Assembly (NCBI GenBank): GCA_964247055.1
Contig: OZ176052.1
Location: 3,100,001 to 3,164,000, forward strand
Length of the DNA: 64,000 bases
Reading direction: 5' to 3'
Source: Paragordius varius
Lineage: Eukaryota; Animalia; Nematomorpha
Shown here one piece after another: positions 1 to 12,806 of the stretch; within the stretch, counting starts at the first letter, position 1; each line of letters begins with the position of its first letter. The translations under genes and the position numbers were made by a program. Under the pieces are notes generated by a model. The model was given only the letters and a program-made list of their open reading frames with translations. It was not told where the DNA came from and searched no databases.

Positions 1-54
1 CCAAGTAAATATATTAATTTTAAATAAACTTGTTACAGGGATTTGTAAGGATTG

Positions 55-140
55 CTGGTTGATATTCCACTACTTTAAACTATTTTGCATAAATTATATA
101 GTTTATAATACCCACTCATGTAAGATTCCAAAATAACAGT
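55..140. repeat. Dispersed repeat, also at about 63945-64000 and about 18115-18145
   Basis: GGTTGATATTCCACTACT ... ATTTTGCATAAATTATATA is shared with the window end; CACTCATGTAAGATTCCAAAATAA is shared with 18115. Confidence 0.7.
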
Positions 141-2503
141 ATAATTTTTTTATACCGTCATAAACCAGATGACAAAAAAATGAAAAAATAGAAAACAATA
201 TTTTTGGTTTTATTTTGATATAGAAATTTATTTTACTGAATAAAATATGAATGTTAAGATTTTAATAGTGAGTATAGCTACTAAATAATTAAAAAAATTA
301 TTTTAATATAGTTTCATAAAAAAAATTTGTCTGATAAGTGTGCTAAAAGAAAAACACCATCTTTTGAACTGAGATATTATAGAAACCTTAACTAACATCA
401 CAAATTATATTGAGAAAAAGTGATTCAAATATATAAAGCGTCATTGTATTTATCATCAAAATAGTATGAAGTTCGTTTCAATAGAATCCATTTTTTCAGA
501 TAAAACTTATTATGTCAAAACTTAGCTTATAAATTAAAATTTTTATCACTCAATCTCGGAATTTTTGCGTAAATGAGAAAAATTGCCCATTTTAAAAGAA
601 AAAAACCTTGAGACTTTCTTCATAAAAACTAAAATTTCATGAAAATAATTTGCTTTTATATGTATTTTAAAATATACACTGCGTGCGAAATCGGTATACC
701 TGATAAAATATATATAGATAGGAAAATGTATCCGGATTATCATGGTGCTGATTATGGCCATTAGGAGTGATATAAGAAGATCGTATACACTTTTGTGATA
801 GGTCCTCCATATCGGAAAATGGCAGAATTTGCGCATATTTTTTAAAAATCTTTTTTGGGATGAAAGCTAGCGGCTTCAGTCCAAGCCTAAAAATTATCAT
901 AAAAATATTATAAACTACATATAAAAAGCAAAACAATGTTTTTAAAAAAATTAATTTTTATATGTAGGATCCGTAAATTTTTTAGTTCATTATTGAGCTT
1001 TTTCTTTTAAAAGTAAAAGCAAAATTCCGAGATAAAATTTTAAAATATAAATTATTTATCAACTCAAAATATTTTTTAAAAATTGCATTTTTTCAAAAAT
1101 TTAAATTTTAAAAAATTTTGTTGAAGCATACTTCATACTATTTTGAGGCATGATGAAAACGTTATAAAAACGCTTATAGATATTATAAAACATCTTTCTC
1201 TAGAATTCGATGATGTGAAACATTTCTATCAGCTCAGAGTTATAATAAAGCTCGGTTTCTAATTATGGTAAATTATTAAAAAATCCAGCTTATATTTACA
1301 TACATTTAAAGACAAACGAATGTTGTAATCAAGAGGGGATAGAAATGTCCAGCATCATTTAAATAAAGTGTTTTATATTGTCTTAGATTTCTCAAAAAAG
1401 TATAAAGTACTTTTCAACATAATTTTGCCAAATCGGAGCGTTTTTTACCGTTTCCATCATGCCTCAGAAAAGTAAGAAGTACGCTTTAACAAAACTTTGG
1501 CAAAAATTGAATTTTTATAAAAAAGTATGCATTTTTTAAAAAGTTTTATTTTGTTATCAAAATTTAGTATATAATAAAATCATCCCGCATCAAAATTTTT
1601 GAGTTTATTTTAAGAGAAATAGCCCATTTTAGGAGCGCAAAAAATTTCGAACTTTTGGAGCTCACATCTAAAATTAAAAATTTTTGTATTGTCATGTTTT
1701 TTTAATGTATTATAATATATTTTAGTGATATTTTTTAAATCCTCTAGTTTAAAAAAAAATTATTTAAAAAAATTGCGCAAATTTCGCCATTTTTTGATGT
1801 GGAGCACTTTCCATAAAAATCGTTCTTTAATTCATAAGGGCCAATACCAAAAGTACAATAATAATATATATATTTATCGGGTTATTTAATTATACCCCTC
1901 AATATTAAACGCAGTGTATATGGAGCAGTTACTGTGAGTGTAACTTTCTTATATCACTGGGGTCAACAAAAGCACCATGGTGATCATAATACTTTATTAC
2001 AAATATTTTATCGGGGCTAGACCCCCGATATTAAACGCAGTTTATATAAATGATGAAAAAAAGTATACGAGAATTCGTCAAGATAGTGATATGTTATCAG
2101 TGTTTTTTAATTAACAAAATTAAAAATATTCAACGGCAAAAATTTCGATATATAATTATTTTGCAAGCTAAAATTTATTTTTGAGATCAGGCACAATAAT
2201 ATTATTCGAGATATACGTTCAGAAATCTCTTTCCACCTCCAAAAAATAATAATTAATTTTATATTTATTTCTGATCATGTCTTTTATGCGTTATTTCTTA
2301 TACTAGATGAGACCCCACAAATATTTAAAGTATAAGAATTTAATCAAAAATTTATTTTATTATTTATAATTGTAAATAATATATTTTAAACCTTTGCATT
2401 TTATGTAAAATTTTATATGCAATAAAATTTTTTCAAGCTACAAATATTTTGTAGGTGTGGCAAAAAATTACACAGCCTGATATTTTTAACACATGGTTTT
2501 ACC

Positions 2504-5500
2504 ATGAGGGTGACTCGATCTGTAAGGATAAAAATTATTTTTAGATTTTTTCATATATTATTAGATATCGCAATCAAAATATTTCAAGAAAGCACTTATC
2601 TTATATTCCATATCATAATAAATTTAATGCAACGATTTATACTCGCATAGCTTCAAATTTTACAACCTCGGCTATTAGTAATACTAGTTTTAGTAACTGA
2701 TAGAATATAAAGATGAAGCAGTTACTACCCCTGGTTTTCCAGATTCCGTATCCGAAGGGGACATTCGCTGGATAAAAAGTTTTTTTCGTTTAATTATTTA
2801 AGGTGTTGGCGATCCTGTGGACATTGATGACATTGTTTGTGAAATCGAAACTGACAAAGTTTAAATAATTGTTTAACTAATTAAATTAATTTTTGATTAG
2901 ACTGCTATACCTGTTCCTAGTCCCTTTAAAGGTTTTTTAAAGTCCCAACTTATAGAAGAGGGTGGTAAGGTTAAACCACACCAGCAACTATATATTATCA
3001 GCGACAATGCAAGTTAATATTATTTTATAATTTAGGTGCAGAAACAGATAATCATCTTCCTGATAGGTTTTTATTTATTTTTTAAAAAAATATAATTATT
3101 TTTATGGACTATGTGCTATTTTTTTAAATTCTACTTATTTATAATTTTAACATTTTTTTATTTAATTTAAATAATCAAACTATTTTTATACCATAAATGT
3201 CAAAAAACTTTTGTTTTGCCTTAAAATGCTCAATATTTTGAGTGCAACTACTTTTTCTGCTAAAAAATTGTATTTTTTTATTGGATAAATTCCTATATTT
3301 AAATGTTAATAAGATTCTAACTGAATTAATGTGATTGTTATTTAAATTGGGCGGTTTGAATTACTTAATTAATTTTTGGTATCTTCAACATTTTATTTAG
3401 CATCATTGGGAAAATTTATAAATGTATATTTATTCTTTCGAATAATTAGGCAAAATTGATAGGCTATTAATTTCTTTTTTTTAATCCATAAAATGTTTGA
3501 AAGCGCCCAACAAAAATTTCAGAGCACTATCGTTGTTTAATAATTAATTGATCCTAAATTAATAATATGAAAACGTAATAATGCGTAATTAAATAATTTT
3601 TAAACCGAAAAGACAGATCTAGAAAATTTATAACTCTAAATAATTTGAAAATTTAAATTGGTTAAATAAATATATTACAAATACCTAATTTAATCATTAA
3701 TTATTAATGATATCTTTTATACACCATAGACCCTTGAATCCTTTCTGTTATATCTACTTACCCATTTAACATAGATTTTTTAACCATGTGCTAATCATTT
3801 TATGTGGATATTTATTTGTTGTTTTTTTCGTGATAATTTATTAATTTCACTGTATATTGTAATAAATTTACAGTAAAGAACCACATCATAGGCCGGAGCA
3901 GGAACAAACTTTCAAAACTCAACCCGAAAAACCGGATTTGCATGAGGAAAAATCTGCCACTAATAGTTTACTCATATCTGTTCCCCAATTACCTGAGTCT
4001 GTTTCTGAAGGTGACCTTAAATGGCTTAAAGGTTAAGTGTCTTTTTTTAATTTCCAACTGAAAAAAGATGATTTTCTCATTATATATAAATAATAATTAT
4101 ATTGGCTTGGAATGCGATTAAAATTTATTATATTTCGAATAAATTTTGTTAACTCGTTTCAAAAATGTCAAACAACAAGGAAAGAAATAAACTTGAAATA
4201 TAATATAAATTTTAAATGCCATTCTTATCCAATATATTTATATATATATATATATATATATAAAAATCGTCTAAATTTAAACTAAATTTTTTGATAAAAA
4301 CATTAAAACTGATAATTATTTTTGAAAAATGTTTAGTTAACCTCATTTTTAAATTGCATAGTGTAATATTTAATAAAGAATTAGTTTTTTAATTTCATAT
4401 TATTAATAAAATCTAACACAACATTTATCCAATTTGAGTTGTATTTTTATTTTATTATGTCTTTCAATTTTGTGTTCTTTAAATAAATATATTATGTAAA
4501 ATTATGATAAATTTAATTAGATTACTTATACATACCTTTTACTTTGAAATGTTACTAATGGATTTTCAAATTATTTTACATATCAGCTTTAATTGGAATT
4601 ATAAATAGGGGTTCTCATTAATCATATTAAAATTTAAAAAAATATTATCCCTTTTTTCTTATTATAAAATAATATTTTCTACTTACACATTTATAGCCGT
4701 TGGGGATAGTGTTGACATTGATGAACCAATTTGTGAAATTGAAACTGACAAGGTAATTTTTTTATTAAATAAGCTTATAAAATAAATATATATATATATA
4801 ACTTTTTAAAATCTTATTTAGGTTTAAAAAAATATAAAATACAATGATTATATATGGTTAAATCAAACATTTATGATATGGTTACAAAATTTTGCATAAA
4901 AAGTTCAATAATAAAGTTGAAATATTGGCTCGTTTATTTTCTCGGATTTATGCTTTTTATCCTTTCATAATTTTCATATATTACACCACATATTTTTTTG
5001 ACGAAAATAAATTATTTCGATTAACATCTTACTAGGATGTAGGTAGATTAGATAGTTGATTTGACTTAAAATGCATTTCCTTCTTTAAAATCTACACTTC
5101 CACAATCGCTTTTTAAATTTAAAAAATTGTTTACTGATAAAATGTAAGCTACGATGTTGCTCTGCATCAGATTTAAAATGTTAATTTAAATTAAAAAAAT
5201 ATACGATTTTTTTCGGCTGTAATTTTTAATCATTGTTTTTGACTCCAATATTGACAAAGAAATATTTTAAACATAAAATCGGTTTTTTATACCTACCCTT
5301 TAAAATGCTTGAATTGTTTTTTAAATAAAGTTTTAAAGATGCTTTAAATATTTAGTGCAAGTTGTGTTTTCGATTAAGGACGCTTTTTGCCCTTTATATT
5401 TCAAAACTCATAAAGCGCATGGTAAGACAACCAAAGTATAAATATGGATTATGCGCCATTTTTTGGAGAAATCATAATAAAATCTCAACACGATGAAATT

Positions 5501-8500
5501 ATTAAAAATTATTATAATGAATAAAAAATATTTATTTAAAAGTTTTACCGAAATATATTACTACCAAAATATCTCAACACATGAAACCTTAACTATATTG
5601 TATGTAATGTAGAATCATCGTTTTTTGTAATAAATTATTTTTTGATAATTTTTTATCACAATAGTAAAAGCCAATCAATATTAATTTATAATAAATCTAA
5701 ATATGTTCAACTTTTATAATTTTCACAAACTTGCATTTATAAAATCTGTAACATATACGGTAAAAGTATACACTAGGACAAAACGTAAAAACTCAAAAAT
5801 ATTTTTTTACAAAGCTAGAAATTTTTTAAACCTTGTTTACAAAAAAATTATTTTTTTAAGTATATAATTGAATGTGTATTACCAATTTACATCTTTCCTT
5901 AATAAAAAACGATAAGTTATTATATAAAGTTTTGGTAATATTATGATTGTCTTTGCCTTAAAAAATATTAGTCCTTTAGAGTTTTACGTTTTGTCTTTAT
6001 AATTTAATTTTTTTATTGTATAAAAGACTGCTGTACCCGTACCATCACCGATTAAGGGAATAATCTCTGAAATTAAAGTGGAAGATGGCGCCAAAGTTAC
6101 ATCCAAGACTCCATTATGTTTGATTTCTGAAAGTAATTCCGAAAGCTCAAAACCTCAATCATCATTAAATCAACGTATTATATAATTTTTATACTGGTCT
6201 AAATTATATATTTACTAAAATATGCATACTCATTGATATTTTAGAGGTAAATGAATGATTAAAATATAATCGGTGATTTAAAAGCACTAATTTATGGTAA
6301 TAATCAGTCTTGATAATATAAACAACTGTATATTGTCATATGTAAAATAAGCAATGAATTACAAATTACTAAAGTGTTTATAGTTTATACATACTAATAA
6401 ATAACAAAGTCGTTATTTTTTATATTTACCATTTATATTTATTTTGTAACCCATTTTAACTTTTTCTAAAATAATTTTTGATTATTTTTTTCATAAAGCG
6501 GTCACATAGATTTGTAATGCAATCCAAACCGTTTAAGTTCAATCCTATTAAAAAGTTACGCATTCATTTAAAACACCACCCAAAACGAATGGATTTGCGG
6601 GCCGCATTTAAAATATACATGGGCATCAATTAAAAATTTTATAGATCTCAAACAGGTGACTGTAAAATGCAATCATAATATAACTATTTTCTATGGTTCG
6701 TTGTCAATTCGATAGATTTATTCTAAAAATTCTAAAATATATCATTTTATCAAGATTTCGTGAGCATATTTTTGCAAATTAAGAATTTCCAAATTATTCG
6801 CGGCCGTTCACAATGTGTTAGAGGGCTGCGTGTAGGACACCCCTGATGTAAATTTATTATATTTATAATTGTATACCATTTACAATTCAAATTCACCCTT
6901 GAACAATTTATATTCACCCTAAAAATAAATGATGTGTTTTCCGGCTAATATAACTTATCATTAATATGAAAAAAATTCTTATGGCATAGTTTATTATTTT
7001 TTTAGTATAATATTAATTTTAAACAAAATTTTATTTTTTAAAAATATAAAAAAATATAGGTAATTTTTAATTTTAAAGAACACATAATTTATTTAAGGGT
7101 GAATTCGAATTGTTCAAGGGTGAATTTGAATTGTTCAAGGGTGAATTTGATTCGTTCAAGGGTGAATTTGAATTGTTCAAGGGGGCATTTGAATTGTTCG
7201 AGGGTGAGCTTTAATTGTTCAAGGGTGAATTTGATCTGTAAATGGTATATATTTATATTTGTATAAAGAATCCTCCACGGCGCCAGAACAAATTCCACCA
7301 ATCCCTACGACACCACATTTAGTGTCTTTTACCGAGACGGATAAAACGGACATACCCAGTGGTAAAGTTGTAAAACCAGCATTTTTTGATGATTTAATAC
7401 CAGAAAAAAAGCAGCAGGTAACTTCGCAATTTGAACACGGTTCCGTCCCATCCAAAAAAATGACCAGTGATAAGAAGAAATCAACGCCAGATGCTATAAA
7501 AGTTGTTGAAGATGGTTCTGCCACCACTGATTTTGATAAAAATAAGATTGGGGGAACTCGGACTGAAACAAAGGTAACTATGATATGATGCGGAATGGTT
7601 TTAAACTTTAACTTTAATATATACCATAATTCAATTTTAAAATGTGTATATCGTTTCTTGCATGAGAGATGAGTATAATACCAGTTTATTTATTCGAAAA
7701 ATTTGTTTAATGCTTGTATATATGGTGGCATGTTTCAATATCTTTTTATCCGTTTTACATGTTAAAATTAATGTATGTATATGTTATACAAAGGTATAAC
7801 ATACTAATTATTAGCAAAAAAGGGCGGAATGGTTTGTCAAAAATAAATTAGGATTTTTTTATTATATCTTTAGTATTAACATTATGATAAATCGATTTAT
7901 GCACATACTGTTTATTTTTAATTGTATAATTGTACGTATTCCAATTCGAGTGCTACTCATTGTCTAGCAATTTAATATAATTTATGAGGGTATTTTTGGT
8001 CAAATAAAGTAGAATCTTTGTTTAGCACTTTAGGGTCTTATCGTTGCCTCTAAAACAATGTTGTAATATTTTTTATTTTTTATGCTTTTTATTAATGATT
8101 TAATTTAAAAGTTGATAATTATATTTTTATTTTACATGTAAAAAATTCGTTTTTACTAAATATCGAAAGAGGTAGGTAGATATTTTCTAATCCTATTATC
8201 CTAAGCTCTAAGCATATAATTAGAATATCATATTTAGTTAATATGGACACAAATATTTATGAAAATCAAACCGAAAATACTCATACTCATTTTAACTATT
8301 ACCAATAAATATGGTTATTTTTGGAGATAGTGTTATTAATAATAATATAAGAAAACATTTAAATTTTTTTGAAATACAATAAAGTACGACTGATTATATT
8401 TACTAGGATACATATTCTTAGGCTATTCACAGTTAGCATTAATAAAATTTAAACCTATATTACATTCTAATTAATTATTATAGGTTAAAATGAATCGAAT

Positions 8501-11294
8501 GCGTAAACGTATAGCTGAACGCTTGAAACAAGCTCAAAATACTGCTGCTATGCTCACAACTTTCAATGAAGTGGATATGAGGTTTTTAATTTTATTCTAA
8601 CTAGGTTTTTCGTTTTTTCACGGTTTAAAACATAATATTGTTTTAACCGCTTATCAAATAATGCACTTTATTGTTATACTATTACCATATGATATGTTAA
8701 ACTATATATAAAACCAAAATATAATTAATTGCTTTTACATTAAATAAATCTACATATATAACGATCAACACATCATATAAATATGTTTGCAAATTTAGAT
8801 TTACATTATCATTTTATAATATGTTGTATAATCAAGTTTCAATTTTTTTCGACTGATTATTTTAAAGCCATCCAATCCTAACATAACAGGCAATAAAATG
8901 CACAAACATATCTTTATATTTACACATATTGACAAGCGAATTTTACTTTATCTATCAATGAAAATATCCCATTATAGCTTATTTATTTAATAATCGCTTC
9001 TTGATCTTATATATATATATATATGTTTATTAATCTAGTTCAATCATAGCCGTTCGGGAAAAGCATAAAGAACAATTTAGTAAGGTTCATGAAGGCTTAA
9101 AACTTGGATTCGTTTCCTTTTTCGTTCATGCATCCACAAGGGCTCTCATGCGACAACCCATAGTTAATGCATTCGTCACCGAAGATAATAGCCATATTAT
9201 GTATCGCGATTATGTTGATATCAGTGTTGCCGTGGCTACACCAAAGGTTTTTTTATCTATTAAATTAAATTAAAACATTGGAAAAATATTGATTTAAGTT
9301 TTGTGATTTAAATTCTGGTCTTTGAAAATAGGTTAATGTGAACACAGAAATAATATTAAAAGGTTTCTTATGTAGATGGATGGATTAATCAGAAAACTTG
9401 ATTTACTAATAAATATAAACACAGCCAATCTTTTTGTAATAAATACGAAACCTCGCAAGAAAATTTGATACAAGTTATAAAATTAAGACATTTCATTAAC
9501 CATCATTGAAGGGGAAAACGAATAAAAAGTTTTATCTAATAATACATTATAAAAAAGGTCCTTGTTTTTAATAGGCGTTTTTTATTAGGTTTATTCGATT
9601 TTTCCAGAAAAACTAAAATACCATTTTTTTATCCTAATTTATGCGCTTAAATAGTGTTGGACAAAAAGGCACAAAAATTTTATAATAAGAGGTAAATAAA
9701 CGGGTTTACTTACCAAATTAATTCGCACATCAAGAAGTTTGACTGTGTTTTTATTTTTTATTGCCATGTATTAGGGTTTGGTTGTTCCCGTTATTCGAAG
9801 TTGTGAAGGCATGTCAGTGGCTGATATTGAAAAGAATATGGCAACATTGAGTGATAAAGTATATATTTAATTCAAAAGATATAAAACCTTTAAAGCTAAA
9901 ACTTAGTTTTTTAATTAAAAGAAACTCCCTAACAAAAACTGTCATTTTTATGGACAAAACCTTATTTTTTATTTTTTCTATATAACCAATATAACGGTTA
10001 ATATGGTTTAAGCTTATTTGGTGTTATTTAATTACATATTTTACTATCGTAATTGTTTGGTTAGTTTATATAGTAAAAATAACAAATTAATAATGTTTAT
10101 TAGAAAATTATATGTTATGCTTTTTTATACAATAGTTTTACATTTCATATTTGCTTTGTATATGTTCAATTCCATAAATCTAAAAAATATATAATTATTT
10201 TCAGATTTATTTAATTTTGACCAAATTAAAATTAATTTTAATTATTATGTAAAAAAAACGAATTTTGTTTCATTTAATGCGCGGCGTAATACTAGGCTCG
10301 GAAAGGAGCTTTAGCCATAGAAGATATGGACGGTGGTACTTTTACCATTAGCAATGGTGGGGTCTTTGGAAGTTTAATGGGAACTCCAATCATAAATTTA
10401 CCACAATCTGCCATTTTGGGTATGCATGCCATACAAAAAAGGCCAGTTGTAATTAATGACAAGGTATATGCATACATATACTCATTTTTATGCATAGTTA
10501 TTTCTGTTTTGGTTTAATTACATTAACTTATTGATTAAAGACGCTTTTTGTTTTTATTTTAAAGCAAAGGAGAGTATATTACTTAGAAAAAAAGTGCTAT
10601 TTTTATTAAGATATAACTTCATTGTAAAATGCTCAAAACATTTTTTACGGAAACATATACAATTTACATGTGGAATTCACTCTAAAAATAAATGATGTGA
10701 TTCTTGACTAAATCAACTTCTAATTGTTATTATATATTAATTTTTGTCGTCTTTTTAAAAAATTTTATCATAGCAAAAATATAGGTATTTTTTTATTTTA
10801 AGTGCCTTGTCCTTATTAAAAAAATAGAGAACAGAAATATCATAAAATATGCCAAAAATAATCAGGAGTATATTCGGAGCGTAAGTTGTAAACTAAAAAT
10901 GGCATAATTTTATAATCCGTATAGGAAGGTATTAGTAAAAATTATCACTTTTATGGCCGTTTATGCCCATAATCTTATATCTGAGAAAAGGGTACATTAA
11001 AAAATTTTAATTTTATGTTTAACTTTTATTGTTACTTAATTTTAAATATTTGAAATCAGATTGATCAAATTTAAAATAAATTAATATTTTTTGGAACAAT
11101 AACCCTGATATAAATAAAATTTATGAAAGCTAAAAACTCAAATTATTGCTTATGTTTAGATTGAAATTCGCCCAATGATGTATTTGGCTCTAACTTACGA
11201 TCATCGGCTAATAGATGGCAGAGAAGCAGTTACGTTTTTAAAAGCAATCAAAAATTACATTGAAGATCCTGCCAGCATATTTTTGGATATTTAA
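2504..11294 (+). CDS. DLST: Dihydrolipoamide succinyltransferase (E2 of 2-oxoglutarate dehydrogenase), mitochondrial precursor, 15 exons, about 594 aa, with two lipoyl domains
   Basis: Exons 2504-2521, 2545-2677, 2704-2778, 2803-2858, 2901-3012, 3036-3066, 3874-4031, 4697-4752, 6027-6174, 7269-7573, 8484-8581, 9039-9246, 9775-9858, 10296-10463, 11160-11294 (1785 nt, all GT-AG). The protein has a basic/Ser-rich leader ([22 protein letters not shown]), two lipoyl domains (SVSEGD..W.K.VGD..CEIETDKTA.PVPSP), and a catalytic domain with [83 protein letters not shown] and [21 protein letters not shown]. Confidence 0.95.
5755..6020. mobile_element. Tc1/mariner-type MITE (GACAAAACGT family), ending 6 nt before a DLST acceptor site
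   Basis: Inverted GACAAAACGTAAAA / TTTTACGTTTTGTC arms with eroded TACAGT-type ends. Related copies or ends at 31805-32080, about 57640-57682 and about 60128-60145. Confidence 0.6.
6872..7249. mobile_element. MITE family A (TATACCATTT termini, 21-bp subterminal repeats), in DLST intron 9
   Basis: Begins TATACCATTTACA and ends TGTAAATGGTATA. Carries arrays of TTCAAATTCACCCTTGAACAA and its reverse complement. Confidence 0.85.
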
Positions 11295-11569
11295 GAAGAA
11301 TTTGATGAGATAACAAAAAACTGCCCTGCCAAAAAAATATGACAATAATAATTAATATGGATACATAGTTTGGATGTTTATATTACATACTTACGATTGT
11401 TTGCTTTGAATCAAATCTCTGATTTTATTAATAAATTAATAATATTTTTTATATGTTAGAACGAATAAAAATTAAAGGGGTAATATTAAAAATATTGTGT
11501 CTGGTCTCTATAGTCTTTACCAATGAATTTAGCCAAAACGCCACTGCAAAAAGCTATGTTACACATATA

Positions 11570-11802
11570 TATACCATTTACAATTTAAATTCACCCTTGA
11601 ATAATCCAAATTCACTCCTGAACAATTCAAATTCACTCTCAAAATTATGTGTTTTGAATTAAAACAATACTGAAAAAATAATAAACTATACCATAAAGAT
11701 ATATTTCATTTTTATAATGATTATATTAATTCGAAAACACATATTTGTTTTTTAGGGCGAATTTGAATTGTTCAAGGGTGAATTAGAACTGTAAATGGTA
11801 TA
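11570..11802. mobile_element. MITE family A, short copy just 3' of DLST
   Basis: TATACCATTTACA ... TGTAAATGGTATA with the same 21-bp units. Confidence 0.8.
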
Positions 11803-12806
11803 TTATCACGTCCCAAACATAATATTTTTCCATGTTTTAAATTTTTCTATATATATTAAGTATAAGTGATAATATATTTATATATTTTTCTATAGTGAGC
11901 GTTTAGACCAGGAGCAATACAAATGGGGTTGCATTTAATATAAATATAGGGCATTCATATATAATTTATTAGTTTTATAGGAATAAGCAAACAAATACAA
12001 CATTTTTAAGTTCTTACAAATTAAATAGAAAAAATAGTAAAATTCTTTAAAAACTGTTGATTTTTCTAAGATTTAATGAGGAATCCTTAGTATTAAGCCG
12101 CATGTTGACCTTGGTATAGACATTTATTAAAAAATATCGATAAGGCGCGATTTTGCATATATGTGCATTTTGGTTTCTGCCGACTTTATATTAAACCAAA
12201 TGGAAGAAATCGCTTGAGCAAATGATAAAACACGAACACACCAAATTATTTCATACTGCACATATGAAAGAGGATTGACGTGAGAATTAACATAGGCTTT
12301 AATTTCATGGATACTTTGTAATGTTAAATTTTGAGAATATTAGAGCAATTTATGATTATACTTAAATTTATCGATACGTGTTGGGTGTGGATATTGATGT
12401 TCTCTAGATATTTTTTACTTATTTTTCCTAATTAAAATTAATGTTATTATTTATTTATACCTGTAAAAATGTTTTTAGTAAATTTATTTAAAATTTATAT
12501 TTATTTGTTCATTATTATTAAATATGATTACTTATTAAATATTTTTGACATTGATAAGTACAGAAAAGTATCCGGTAAAAATATTGCGATTTTTATATAT
12601 TTACATAAAATTTATAATTTGTTATTGGCATTGTTAATTGCTTAAGTATAATATTTGACATTTAAATTACATGAATAAATCGATAATGAATGATTATAGT
12701 AGTTTAGGGCTCTTGTTATTGGCTAAATTATCCGATGTGGTTAATATTTATGTTGATCATCATTAAGAAAAAAAATTATCATAGGATACTTGATGGCTTT
12801 TTGACT

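Noticed and set aside
546-1830. ORFs at 546-936 and a weak inverted similarity between about 790-1000 and 1600-1830
   Set aside because: The ORFs are low-complexity with no motifs; the inverted similarity is too degraded to define element ends.
7089-7301. 70-aa ORF with LEQFKFT repeats
   Set aside because: Translation of the 21-bp subterminal array of a MITE inside a DLST intron.
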